Below, piece by piece: positions 26,440 through 38,446 of a DNA stretch of 64,000 nucleotides. Position 1 is the stretch's first letter; the number at the start of each line of letters is the position of its first letter. The notes under the pieces were generated by a model. That model was not told the DNA's origin, made no database searches, and saw only the letters and a list, made by a program, of their open reading frames with translations. This stretch comes from Mobula hypostoma (lineage: Eukaryota), in assembly GCF_963921235.1 (NCBI RefSeq), contig NC_086106.1:18476001-18540000 (forward strand), given 5' to 3'. The translations under genes were made by a program, and so were the position numbers.

Positions 26440-27505
26440 GTACCTGGGCCTTTGTCCCTCCCTCTGCAATTGGATGCTTCGGTTAGGAAGACCACAATTC
26501 GCGATAATATCTCCTCCTTGCTGACGATCAACACTGGTGCACGTCAGGGGTGTGTGCTTAGCCCACTGCTTCTCTCTTTCTGTACCCATGACTGTGTGGT
26601 TGGGCATAGCTCAAATACCATCTATAAATTTGCTGCTGATACAACCGTTATTGGTAGAACCTCAGATGGAGATGAGAGGGCGTACAGGAGGGAGATATAC
26701 CAACTTGTGTCGTGGTGCCACAGCAACAACCTTGCACTCAATAACAGTAAGACGAAAGAGCTGATTGTGGATTTCAGGAAGGGCAAGATCAAGGAACACA
26801 TACCAATCCTCATAGAGGAATCAGAAGTGGAGACAGTGAACCATTTCAGGTCCCTGGGTGTCAAGATCTCTGAGCACCTAACCTGCCCCCAACATATCGA
26901 CGCAGCTATAAAGAAGGCAAGACAGTGACAATACTTCATTAGGAGTTTGAAGAGATTTGGTATGTCAACAAAAACACTCAAAAGCTTCTATAGATGTACC
27001 ATGGAGAGCATTCTGACAGGCTGCCACACTGTCTGGTGGGGGGCGGGGGTGGAGTGTTGGGTGGCTACTGCACAGGACCGAAAGAAGCTGCAGAAGGTCG
27101 TAAATTTAGTTGGCTCTATCTGGGGTACTAGCCTACATAGTACCCAGGACATCTTCAAAGAGAAGTATCTCAGAAAGGCAGCGTCCATTATTAAGGACCC
27201 CCAGCACCCATTCCCATCAGACAGGAGGTACAGAAACCTGAAGGCACACACTCAGCGATTCAGGAACAGCTTCTGCCCCTCTGCCATTCAATTCCTAAAT
27301 GGATATTGAACCCATGAACACCCCCTCACTTTTTAAATATATACTATTTCTGTTTTTGCATAATTTTTAATCTTGTTCAATATATGTAAACTATAATTTA
27401 TTTATTTATATATTTTTCTTTTTATATTATGTATTGCATTGAACTGCTGCTACTAAACTAACAAATTTCATGACACATGCTGGTGATAATAAACCTGATT
27501 CTGGA
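26440..27505 (+). mobile_element. 5'-truncated Rex1/Babar LINE (RT C-terminal half and 3' tail)
   Basis: TG.RQGCVLSPLL...THDCV...SNTIYKFA.DTTVIG; NNLALN.SKTKELIVDFRK; RRYR.LKAHTQRFRNSF.PSAI.FLNG; tail ATAATAAACCTGATTCTG. Confidence 0.9.
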
Positions 27506-27629
27506 TGTTGAACCAACCAGTGAATCAATGGGATTGGGATTAGTGACTGCTACTGTTACAGTCCTCCTGATACTGAACGGTCTTAGCAGTCCTGACTGTT
27601 CCAGCCTGGGATGTTCAATCATGCCCACA

Positions 27630-29250
27630 GAACCTGGTCTTAGACTCTCCCAGTATAGGAAAAATCCTCTCCACATCCACTCTTATCAATGCTTTTCAAC
27701 ATTTGATCAGTTTCAATAAGGTCACCACTCATTATTCTGAATTCCAGCAAGTACATGAAATTCTCTCCTTATGACAAGCCTTTCAATCCCAGAATGATTT
27801 TTGTGAACTCTCCTCAATGTGACCACATTCTTTCTTAGATAAGGGGCCCAAAAGTGCTCACAGTACTCCAAGTTGGGCCTCACCAATGCTTTCAAAGACT
27901 CAACGTTACATCCCTGCTCTTATCTTGTAGTCCACTTGGAATGAATGCGGACATCACATTTGCCTTCCTCACCACTGACACAACCTGCAAATTAACCTTT
28001 AGGAAATCCTGCACAAGGACTTCCAAGTTCCTCTGCACTTCAGATTTTTGAAATTTCTGTCCATTTAGAAAACAGTCTGCCCTTTTATTTCTTCTTCCAA
28101 AGTGCATGACCATACAATTCCAAACATTGTATTCCACCTGCTGCTTCATTGCCCGCTCTCTCTATCTGTTTTAGTCCTTCTGTAGCCTCTCTACTTCCTC
28201 AAAACTACCTGCCCCTCCACCCATCTTGATTCATGTGCAAACATTGCAACAAAGCCGACAATACCATCATCCAAGTCATTGACATTTTTCATTAAAAGCA
28301 GTCCCACCACTAGTCATCGGCAGCCAAACAGAAAAGTCTCCCTTTTATCCCATTCTTTGCCTTGTAGCAATCAGCCACTTTATCCATGCTAGTGTCTTTC
28401 CTGTAATACCATGGGCTCTTAACTTGTGAAGCAGCCTCGTGTGCGGCGCCTTGTCAAATGCCTTCTGAAAATCCAAGTACACAATATCCACCGATTCTAT
28501 TCTGCTTGGTAACTCTTCAAAGAATTCCAACAAATTTCTCAGGCAGGCTTTTCCTCCAGAAAACCATGCTGACTGTGGCCTGCTTTATGATGTGCCTCCA
28601 AGTACCCGGAAACTACAACCTTAACAATCGACTCCAAAATCTTCTCAACCACTAAGATCAGAATAACTGGCCAACAATTTCCTTTCTTCTGCCTCTCTCC
28701 TTCTTGAAAAGAGGAGTGACATTTCCAATTTTCCAGTCTTCTGGAACCATTCCAGAATCTAGTGATTTGTGAACGATCATCACTAATGCCTTCCCAGTCT
28801 CTTCAGTCACCTCCTCCAGAACCCTGGGGTGTACACCATCTGGTCCAGGTGACCTACCTACCTTCAGACCTTTCAGTTTCTCAAGAACCTTCTCCCTAGT
28901 AATGGCAGTCTCCCACTTCTGCCCCCTGACACTCTCGAAATTCCCATACAGCTCGTGCCTTCCACAGTGAAGACTGATGCAAAATACTTCTTTAGTTCTT
29001 CAGTTTGTCCACCATTTCCTTGTCCCATATTACTATCTCTCCAGCATCATTGTCCAGTAGTCTGATATCCATTTTCTTCTCTCTTTCACAATTTATGTAT
29101 CTGAAGAAACCTTTGGTATCCTTTTTAATAGTATTGGCTAGCTTACTTTTGTATTCCATGCTTTTCTTCTTTAAGACCTTTTTCATTGCCTTCTGGTGAT
29201 TGTTAAATTCTTCCCAGTCTAACTTCCCACCAATTCTTGCTCCATTATAT
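27630..29250 (-). mobile_element. Fragmented CR1 LINE
   Basis: ORFs 27892-28149, 28345-28533 (YLDFQKAFDKAPH) and 28992-29186. Confidence 0.88.
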
Positions 29251-31024
29251 TAACTTCCTGCCATAGGGATTGCGTTTACCAGTCTATAGTTTCTGGCATT
29301 TTATGGGATCGATTTCCATCAATGAGAGGACTCCTTCATCTGGTTATCAGCAGTCATTTGGACAAAGCCCCAGGATGAGATTGAAAGGAAGAAATCTCAG
29401 TCCGTCTCTGTGGGAATGCCCCCAAATGCAGTATTGTGCAAAAATATACTTGGATCAGAATTTGGAGAGTCACACGTTCACAAAGTCGGGGAGATTTCCA
29501 GTGCCTAGAACACAGGGTGCAGAGCAGGAAGTGAGGAACATGTCCCGGATTTGGATATTAGTCCAGTACACTGGCCTTTGAGGATCTCTCCCTCGTACTC
29601 TGACCTCTCCTTCCTTGTCCTTCCTTGTTTCCCTCCCTCTTTCACCTCCCACCTTCTCTATTCATTTCATCAAGAGGTTGAGTTGGTGATGCAGATACGC
29701 AAGTTCAGATCACATCACGGCAGCTGGGATGTTTAAACTCAGTTCATTAAACATGTAACTGTGGCTTTGACGAAATGGATTGATGTCTAAATGTATGACT
29801 GATGTGTTTCAGGGAAGAGAATCTGCTGACTTTACCTGGTCTGGCCTGTATATGTCTCCAGGCCCTCAGTAATGTAACTGACCTTTAACTGCACTGTGAA
29901 ATGACCCAGTAATCCACCCAGTTCAAGAGCAGTTGGGATGGGAAAGAAATGTTGTTCTACTCACATCTCATGACTGAATAACTAAAAGTCATCCACGGTT
30001 ATATTGTATCATGACGGATCCATCACAGTTTTGTTTTTAGATTTGTGATCAATCCCATGAGATTGGGATTTATTTTAATTTAAATTGCAGATATAGCATT
30101 AGGAATGACTCTTGTCAATAGTTGGATTGGCCAGTCCTGCTTACACATGAGTGACCAGTGTAAGTTCAGGTTATGGGCATGGGAAATCTCCACAGGATCT
30201 GGTCCCAAGTCATCTCCTTAGCTGCAATAACTTCCCCAGTATCTGAGTCAGCGCCATGCCCCCTCATGACATGCTCTGCACTCCAGGTTATGGGCACAGG
30301 GAGTCTCCTACAATACATGATTGTGGGTGCAGTCTCTAAAATCTGCTCCATATATATTTTCCCAAATGTCCGAACATGGTGCATTCCTCAGATATGGGGT
30401 TGGGAATCTGATACTTGGATTCTTCCAAATAGCTGATTTTAAATTGCTTCTCAAACGTGGGAATCACCACCCTTCCCGAAGATCATTCGTGCATTCCCAA
30501 GCTCTTGTCATACTTCCTCATGAATGATGTTGAGAATTAACCACAATTTCTGGTCCTGTGGAGGAGTATTTTTCTCATTGTCTGGTCTTTCATAGTTTTC
30601 CCCAATGTCTATTCCTGGAGTATATTCCTTCAATATCTGGTCCTGTGTGCCTTCCTGTAATGCCTGTCCCTTGGACTTACTCTGCTCAAATCAGGTGCTG
30701 GTGTCCATCACACAAACATCTGTTGTATTCTATTCTATCTTGGTTTGCAATAATTTCGTACCTGTTTATCTTTTCTACTCCTGGTGTGTTTTACCCCAGT
30801 ACTGTTGTATTTTCCTGCATTGGCATATTTTTAAAAAAATGCTCTTTCTTGCTGACATCCCATTCAAACATGTGCCTGGTCGATATCCAGTTCTGCTTCA
30901 CCTGTACTTGTACCAACAGCTCCACACTCTCTGATGGGTTTCCTTCAGCTTAGCACCGAGCAGGCCAAAAGCTTTGGTCCCCACAGTAAGTTCTGTTTCA
31001 CGGCACTGATGCTGTCAAGTGCCT

Positions 31025-31130
31025 TTTCAGTGACCTGAGAACAAAAATTCAGGGTGACTTGACAGTTCACTGTGGTGCAGAGGGACAAAGGTGCTGCCTT
31101 TCAGCTGAGACATTGAAGGGAGATTGTGCA
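31025..31130 (+). repeat. Decayed Deu-domain SINE relic (low confidence)
   Basis: GACCTGAGAACAAAAATTCAGGGTGAC...GGTGCTGCCTTTCAGCTGAGACATT resembles the DeuSINE/SacSINE-type core as I recall it. Confidence 0.45.
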
Positions 31131-31948
31131 TACAATGGAGAAGCTCCTGTACCTACAGCTTTATAGGACATGGAGTGTGGATATTAGGATAATGTGTTGA
31201 AATATGCGATTGAGGCACTCATTATGAAACATTCCACCAATATCTGTATCTGGGATGTGTAACACGGTTCTGAAAAACTCTTCCAATGAGCCTCTGTGTT
31301 TTCCTGAATAACTTTCTCAGGGTGCAGCACCTTGGTATTCCTACCATGGGAAATCCATTAAGAACATGAACAGTATGTGTGGGGCTACACTCATATATCA
31401 CAGGCTGGAAATCTCTCTGATATTTGTCCCGGGATGTATTACCCACTTCTTGTACTTGGACGCAGGTGAAGTCACTGCAGTGATGAGGGAACTAAGATGG
31501 GCTGAATGGTTTTATCAACTCCAGACACTTCATTTTCTCATTTTCTTTGTTTTTTAATTCACATAATTTCAAATCATGATATAAACTCCAGCGGAATAAT
31601 GAAAGAAAAGCTACAGGCAATGATTTCCATAATGTCTGATTTCCAAAATATGACAGAACAAGATCCCAAGCCCCCCCTCCACCACAATCCCCCTCCCCAT
31701 GTCAACTTCTTGCTCCACAACAATAATACCCATTTCCTCACCTCCCTCTTCTCTTTCACTAAGCACACCCATATTCCCCGCTCCCCATTGCCAAGCCTTA
31801 ACCCTGCCTTCCTCTGCCCTCCTGTATGCCCCCTCCAGTGTCACATATCCTGCCATTTTCCCAATGTATCATCCACTGCTGTCCCTCCGCCCACCGAACC
31901 GGCTCTGTGTCCCCATTTCCCATCTGGCATCCCCGGTACATTTAGAGG

Positions 31949-31954
31949 TTTATT
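31949..31954 (-). terminator. AATAAA polyadenylation signal for the membrane-form Ig mRNA
   Basis: TTTATT on the plus strand, 125 nt downstream of the TM2 stop, in non-repetitive sequence. Confidence 0.7.
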
Positions 31955-32079
31955 TCCTGAAATGAGCAGTTGCAGTGCAGTAGCCTCGGATTGCCGAGTG
32001 AGTGAGATGGAGACTCCATTTCCAAACATCGCAGCCACACGGGGATCTCTTGAGTGAATGTGGGGTGTGTGTCTGCTGG

Positions 32080-32091
32080 TCACTGCTGAAC
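32080..32091 (-). CDS. IgW: Ig heavy-chain TM2 mini-exon (V-Q-Q-stop)
   Basis: Acceptor ctctcctgtctatatttcag|GTT CAG CAG TGA is phase 0 and matches the phase-0 TM1 donor ATCAAG|GTAACC. It gives the tail K-V-Q-Q, analogous to the K|VK split of Ig TM exons. It lies in the first unique sequence after the TE block and is followed by AATAAA. Confidence 0.72.
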   Translation of the reverse strand, partial: VQQ

Positions 32092-33431
32092 CTGAAATAT
32101 AGACAGGAGAGTATGATATTGTGTGACAAGGTGCAGCACGGACCTTAACCTGTGAGGACAGGTGAACTAAACAACATCTCATTCCAGGAGGTGGAATCCC
32201 ATAAAGAGATGTTTGTCATTAGTCTCCGAGGTCATACCAAAACAAAAACCTGAATACCAGTTCAGACCTTTAGGGTGATCCACAGTTGGGCTAATGTTTT
32301 AGTTCCTGAGTAAAACCATAAGATAAGACATAGGAGCAGAATTAGGCCATTTGGCCCATTGAGTCTGCTCCAGCATTTCATCATGACTGATCCAATTTCC
32401 CTCTCAGCCCCAATTACTTGCCTTCTCCCAGTATCCCTTCATGTCCTGACTAATCAAGAATCTATCAACCTCTTCCTTACATATATCCAGTGAGTTGGGT
32501 ACCACAGCTGCCTGTGGCAATAAATTATACAGATTTTCCACTCTCTGGCTAAAGAAATTCCCCTTCACCTCTGTTCTAAGTGGATGGCCCTCTATTCTGA
32601 GGCTGTGTCCTCTTGTCTTAGACTCTCCCACCGCAGAAAACTCCTCAACACATCAACTCTATTGAGATTTCAACATTCGATAGGTTTCAATGAGGTCCCC
32701 CTCATCCTTGTAAATTCCAGTGAATACAGACTCTGAGCCATCAAACACTTGTCATATGATAAGCCTTTCAATCCCTGAATCATTTTTGTGAACCTGCTCT
32801 GAATCCTCTTCAATTTCAGCAAATCCTTTCTTAAAAAAGGTGCTCAAAACTGCTCACCATACTACAAGTGAGACCTCACTAGTGCCTTAGAAATACTCAA
32901 CATTACATCCTTGCTTTTATATTTTATTTCTTTTGAAATGAATTCAAACATTGCATTTGCCTTCCTTGCCACAGACTCAACCTGCAAATTAGCCTTAGTG
33001 GAATCCTACACAAGGACTCCCAAAGCCCTGCACTTCAGATTTTTGAATTTTCTCTCCATTTATAAAATAGCCTATGCCTTCATTTCTTCTCCCGAAGTAT
33101 TTGACCATTCACCTCCCAACACTTTATCATATCTGCCACTTCTTCGCCCATTCTCTTAATCTGTCTAAGTATTTCTGTAGCCTCACTTCTTTCTCAACTC
33201 TACCAGCCCTTCCACCTGTCTTTGGCCATAAAAGCCATCAATTTTGTAATCCAAATCATTGACATTTTACATGAAAAGATGCAGTCCCAACACAGACCCT
33301 TGTGGAACACCACCAGTCACCGGCAGCTAACCAGAAAAGGCTCCCTTTATTCCTACTCTTTCCCTCCTGTCAATCAGAGAATGTTCTATCCATGCTAGTA
33401 TTTTTCCTGTAGTACTATGGGTTCTTTGGTA

Positions 33432-33567
33432 ACACACACACAATGCTGGAGGAGCTCAGCAAGCCTGGCAGCATCTGTGAAAAAGACTAAACATTCGAAG
33501 TTTCAAACTGATGAAGGGACTTGGCCCAAAACATCGTTTGTTTAGTCTTTTCCATAGACGCTGCCTG
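33432..33567 (+). repeat. Short Penelope-derived palindromic element with a degenerate hammerhead-like loop
   Basis: Inverted arms at 33467-33493 and 33539-33565 (GGCAGCATCTGTGAAAAAGACTAAACA vs rc GGCAGCGTCTATGGAAAAGACTAAACA) flank CTGATGAAGGGACTTGGCCCAAAACATC. Confidence 0.7.
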
Positions 33568-36087
33568 CCATCATCCTGCCTTTAGAATATTTCTTCTTTG
33601 GGTTGCATCTATCTTGTGCCTTTCAAATTGCTCCCAGAATCTCCAGCCATTCCTGCTTTGTCATCATCCCTGCTAGTGTCCCCTACCAAATAAATTTTGG
33701 CCAGCTCCTCTCTCATGCCTCTGTCATTCCCTTTACTCCACTGTAATTCTGATCCATTGATTTTAGCTTCTCCTTCTCAAATTAATTGCAGGATGAATTA
33801 AATCATATTTTGATCATAGCTCCTAAGCGTTCCCTTACTTTAAACTCTCCACTCCAGTTCATTGCACAACACCTAATCCAGAATAGCTAATGCCGAGTGG
33901 GCTCATTCATCACCTGCTCTAAAACAACTCATAAGCATTCTACAAATTCTTTCCCTTGGGATGCGGCACCAAAATAATTTACTACAGCATGGGCCATTTG
34001 GCCTGCACTGTTGTGCAGAACCAGCTATAAAGCAAATCGAAAGTACCCAAGCACCAATCCCTACCACCTACACCATGTCCATATCCCCCCTTCTTCCCTA
34101 CATCCACTTGCCTATCCAAACATCTCTAATGTATTTGCCTCTACCATCACATCAGCCGATGCATTCCAGACATCCTCCACTCTCTGAGTATAAAACTAAG
34201 CCCTCACTTCCCCTTGGTCCTATCCCCCTCACCTAAAATTCATGCTCTCTGGTAATACATATTTCAACCCTGGGAAAGAGATACTCTCTCTCCACTCTAT
34301 CTTTGTCTCTCATAATCTTGTAAACCTCGAGTAGATCCCGCACCCCCCAGCCTCCAAAGCTCCAGGGAAAACAACCCAAGTTTATGTGGCCTCTCCTGAT
34401 TGCATGTTCCCTCGAAACCAGGCAGAATCCTGGCAAACCTCCTCTACACCCTCTCCAAGGCCTCAACATCCTTCCAATAGTGGGGGAACCAGAATTGTCC
34501 GCAATACTTCAGTGTGGTCTAACCTGAGTTTTATAAAGTTGTAACATAACCTCCTGACTTTTGAACTCAATGCCTCGATTAATAAAAGCAAGCATTCCTT
34601 AAACCTTGTTAACCAATTTATTGACCTGTGTAGCCACTTTCAAGGAGTATGACCTTGGATCCTATGATCTCTCTGCTTAACAATACTGTAAAAGACCTTC
34701 CCCTTAAAGGTGTACTGTCTCTTTACATTTGCCCTCCTGAGGTGTAACACCTCACATTTATCTGGATTAATCTCCATCTGCCATTTCTGAGTCCACATCT
34801 GCAGCTGATCAATGTTGTGCTGTATTCTTTGCCAGTCTTGCACACTATCCACAACTCCACCAGCCTTGGTATCATTCGCAAATTTACAAATCCACTCATC
34901 CACATTTTCATCCAGATCACTTATATACATTACAAACAGCAGAAGTCCCAGCACAGATACCTACGGGACTCCACTAATTACCGACCGCCAGCTTGAACAA
35001 ATCCCCTAAACCATTAGCCTCTGTCTTCTATTCGCAAGCTAGTTCTGAATCCAAACAGCTGGTTTGCCACGGACCCCATGTATCTTAATCTTCTGGATTA
35101 ACCTCCCATGGGGGACTTTGTCAAATGCCTTACTAAAATTCATGTGGACAGCATCCACTGCCCTACCGTCATCAATCTGTCTTGTCACCTTGTCAAAAAA
35201 CTCAGTCAAGTTGTAAGGCACAACCTGCCACGCATAAAGCAATGCTGGCTCTCCCTAATTAGGCCATGGCTTTCCGAAAGGGGATATCGAGGTACAACAT
35301 TAGCCACTCGCCAGTCCTCTGGGAACTCACCTGTGGCAAGATAGGACACAAAGAGACTGGTCTCTTGCCTCCTTCAATAACCTGGAGTAAATCCCATCTG
35401 GGCTGTAGGACATCCATCTTAATCCTGATCAAGAGGCCCAACACTTCCTCCTCCTTGACTCTAAATGTCCAAATGTATTTATCTACTCAGCACTGATCTC
35501 CATATCCTTTTCCTTGGTAAATACTGAAGCAAAGTACTCATTTGGCACCTCATTCATATTCTCTGCATCCAAGCAAATATTACCGCTCCCCCCATCCTTG
35601 AGTGGTCACACCCTCTCCTGAGTTATCCTCTTATTCTTGATGTATGTATAAAATGCCTTGAGATTCACCTTAATCCTAGTTGTCAAGGACTTTACATGGC
35701 CCCTCCTGGCTTCCGTCATTCCCTTTAGTTCCTTTATATAGAAGATAGAACATAGAATAGTACAGCACATTATAGGCCCTTCGGCCCACAATGTTGTGCC
35801 GACCCTCAAACCCTGCCTCCCATATAACCCCCCCACCTTAAAGTCCTCCATATACCTGTCTAGTAGTCTCTTAAATTTCACTAGTGTATCTGCCTCCACC
35901 ACTGACTCAGGCAGTGCGTTCCACGCACCAAGCACTCTGAGTGAAAAACCTTCCTCTAATATCCACCTTGAACTTCCCACCCCTAACCTTAAAGCCACGT
36001 CCTCTTGTATGGAGCAGTGGTGCCCTGGGGAAGCGGCGCTGGCTGTCCACTCTATCTATTCCTCTTAATATCTTGTACACCTCTGTC

Positions 36088-36715
36088 ATGTCTATGGGAG
36101 AGTATAGGAGCAGGGATGTGATGTTGAGGCTCTATAAGGCGCTGGTGAAACCTCACTTGGAGTACTGTGGGCAATTTTGGTCTCCTTATTTAAGAAAGGA
36201 TGTGCTGACATCCTTTGGAGAGGGTACAGAGAAGATTCACTAGAATGATTCCGGGAATGAGCGGGTTAACATATGAGGAACATTTGTCCGCTCTTGGACT
36301 GTATTCCTTGGAGTTTAGAAGAATGAGGGGAGACCTCATAGAAACATTTCGAATGTTGAAAGCAATGGACAGAGTGGATGTGACAAAGTTGTTTCCCATG
36401 ATGAGGGAGTCTAGTACGAGAGGGCATGACTTAAGGATGTAAGGGCGCCCATTCAGTACAGAGATGCAAAGAAAATTTTTTAGCCAGAGGGTGGTGAATC
36501 TATGGAATTTGTTGCCATGGGCGGTAGTGGAGGCCAAGTCATTGGGTGTATTTAAGGCAGAGATTGATAGGTATCTGAGTAGCCAGGGCATCAAAGGTTA
36601 TGGTGAGAAGGCGGGGAGTGCGACTAAATGGGAGAATGAATCAGCTCATGATAAAATGGCGGAGCAGACTCGATGGGCCAAATGGCCGACTTCTGCTCCT
36701 TTGTCTTATGGTCTT
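36088..36715 (+). mobile_element. CR1 3' fragment nested in the minus-strand CR1
   Basis: [37 protein letters not shown]; tail GTCTTATGGTC; the host sequence resumes after it. Confidence 0.85.
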
Positions 36716-38446
36716 TTGTCTCTTGTCATCCTCCTTCTCTCCAAAGAGTAAAGCCCTAGCTCCCTTAATCTCTAATCCATACTCTCTAAACCAGGCAGCA
36801 TCCTGGTGAAACTCCTCTGTACCCTTTCCAATGCTTCCACATCCTTCCTATAGTGAGGCAACCAGAACTGGACACAGTACTCCAAGTGTGGCCTAACCAG
36901 AGTTTTACAGAGCTGCATCATTACCTCGCGACTCTTAAACTCTATCCCTCGACTTATGAAAGCTAACACCCCATAAGCTTTCTTAACTACCCTATCTACC
37001 TGTGAGGCAAATTTCAGGGTTCTGTGGACATGTACCCCCAGATCTCTCTGCTCCTCCACACTACCAAGTATCCTGCTATTTACTATGTACTCTGACTTGG
37101 AGTTTGTCCTTCCAAAGTGTACTACCTCACAATTCTCCGGGTTGAACTCCATCTGCCACTTCTCAGCCCACTTCTGCATCCTATCAATGTCTCTCTGCAA
37201 TCTTCGACAATCCTCTATACTATCAACAACACCACCAACCATGATCTCTGTCATCTGCAAACTTGCCAACCCACCCTCCTACCCTGACATCCAGGTCATT
37301 AATAAAAATCACAAATAGTAGAGGTCCCAGAACCAATCCTTGTAGGACACCAAAAGTCACAACCCTCTAATCCAAATGTTCTCCCCCCACCACGACCCTC
37401 TGCCTTCTACAGGCAAGCCAGTTCTGAATCCACCTGGCCAAACTTCCCTCGATCCCATGCCTTATGACTTTCTGAATAAGCCTACCGTGTGAAACCTTGT
37501 CAAATGCCTTACTAAAATCCATGTAGATCACAACTGCACTACCCTCATCTATATGCCTGGTCACCTCATCAAAGAACTCCATCAGGCTTGTTGGACACGA
37601 TCTGCCCTTCACAAAGCCATGCTGACTGTCCCTGATCAGACTATGATTCTCTAAATGCCCATAGATCCTATCTCTAAGAATCTTTTCCAACAGCTTTCCC
37701 ACCACAGACGTAAGGCTCACTGGACTATGATTACCTGGACTATCCCTACTACCTTTTTTGAACAAGGGGACAACATTCGCCTCCCTCCAATCCTCCGGTA
37801 CCATTCCCGTGGACAATGAGGACATAAAGATCCTTGCCAGAGGCTGAACAATCTCTTCCCTCGCCTCGTGGAGCAGCCTGGGGAATATTCCATCAGGCCC
37901 CGGGGACTTATCCATCCTAATGTATTTTAATAACTCCAACACCTCCTCTCCCTTAATATCAACATGCTCCAGAACATCAACCTCACTCATATTGTCCTCA
38001 CCGTCTTCAAGTTCCCTCTCATTGGTGAATACTGAAGAGAAGTATTCATTGAGCACCTTGCTCACTTCCACAGCCTCCAGGCACATCTTCCCACCTTTAT
38101 CTCTAATCGGTCCTATCTTCACTTCTGTCATCCTTTTGTTCTTCACATAATTGAAAAATACCTTGGGGTTTTCCTTTACCCTACTCGCCAAGGCCTTCTC
38201 ATACCCCCTTCTTGCTCCTCAGCCCCTTCTTTTGCTCCTTGCTACCCTATATTCCTCAATAGACCCATCTGATCTTTGCTTCCAAAACCTCATGTATGCT
38301 GCCTTCTTCCACCTGACTAGATTTTCCACCTCACTTGTCAACCATGGTTCCTTCACCCTACCATTCTTTATCTTCAAGAGATCCCTAAACATCGACCACA
38401 TGTCCACAGTACATTTCCCTGCAAAAACATCATCCCAATTCACACC

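Noticed and set aside
29790-29960. Likely old shark SINE/LINE tail (similar sequence on the opposite strand near 58620-58720)
   Set aside because: Too decayed to name a family or set boundaries without a library search.
31506-32057. 183-aa Pro/His-rich plus-strand ORF
   Set aside because: It is antisense to the TM2 3' region and explained by C-rich composition; no domain or splice support.
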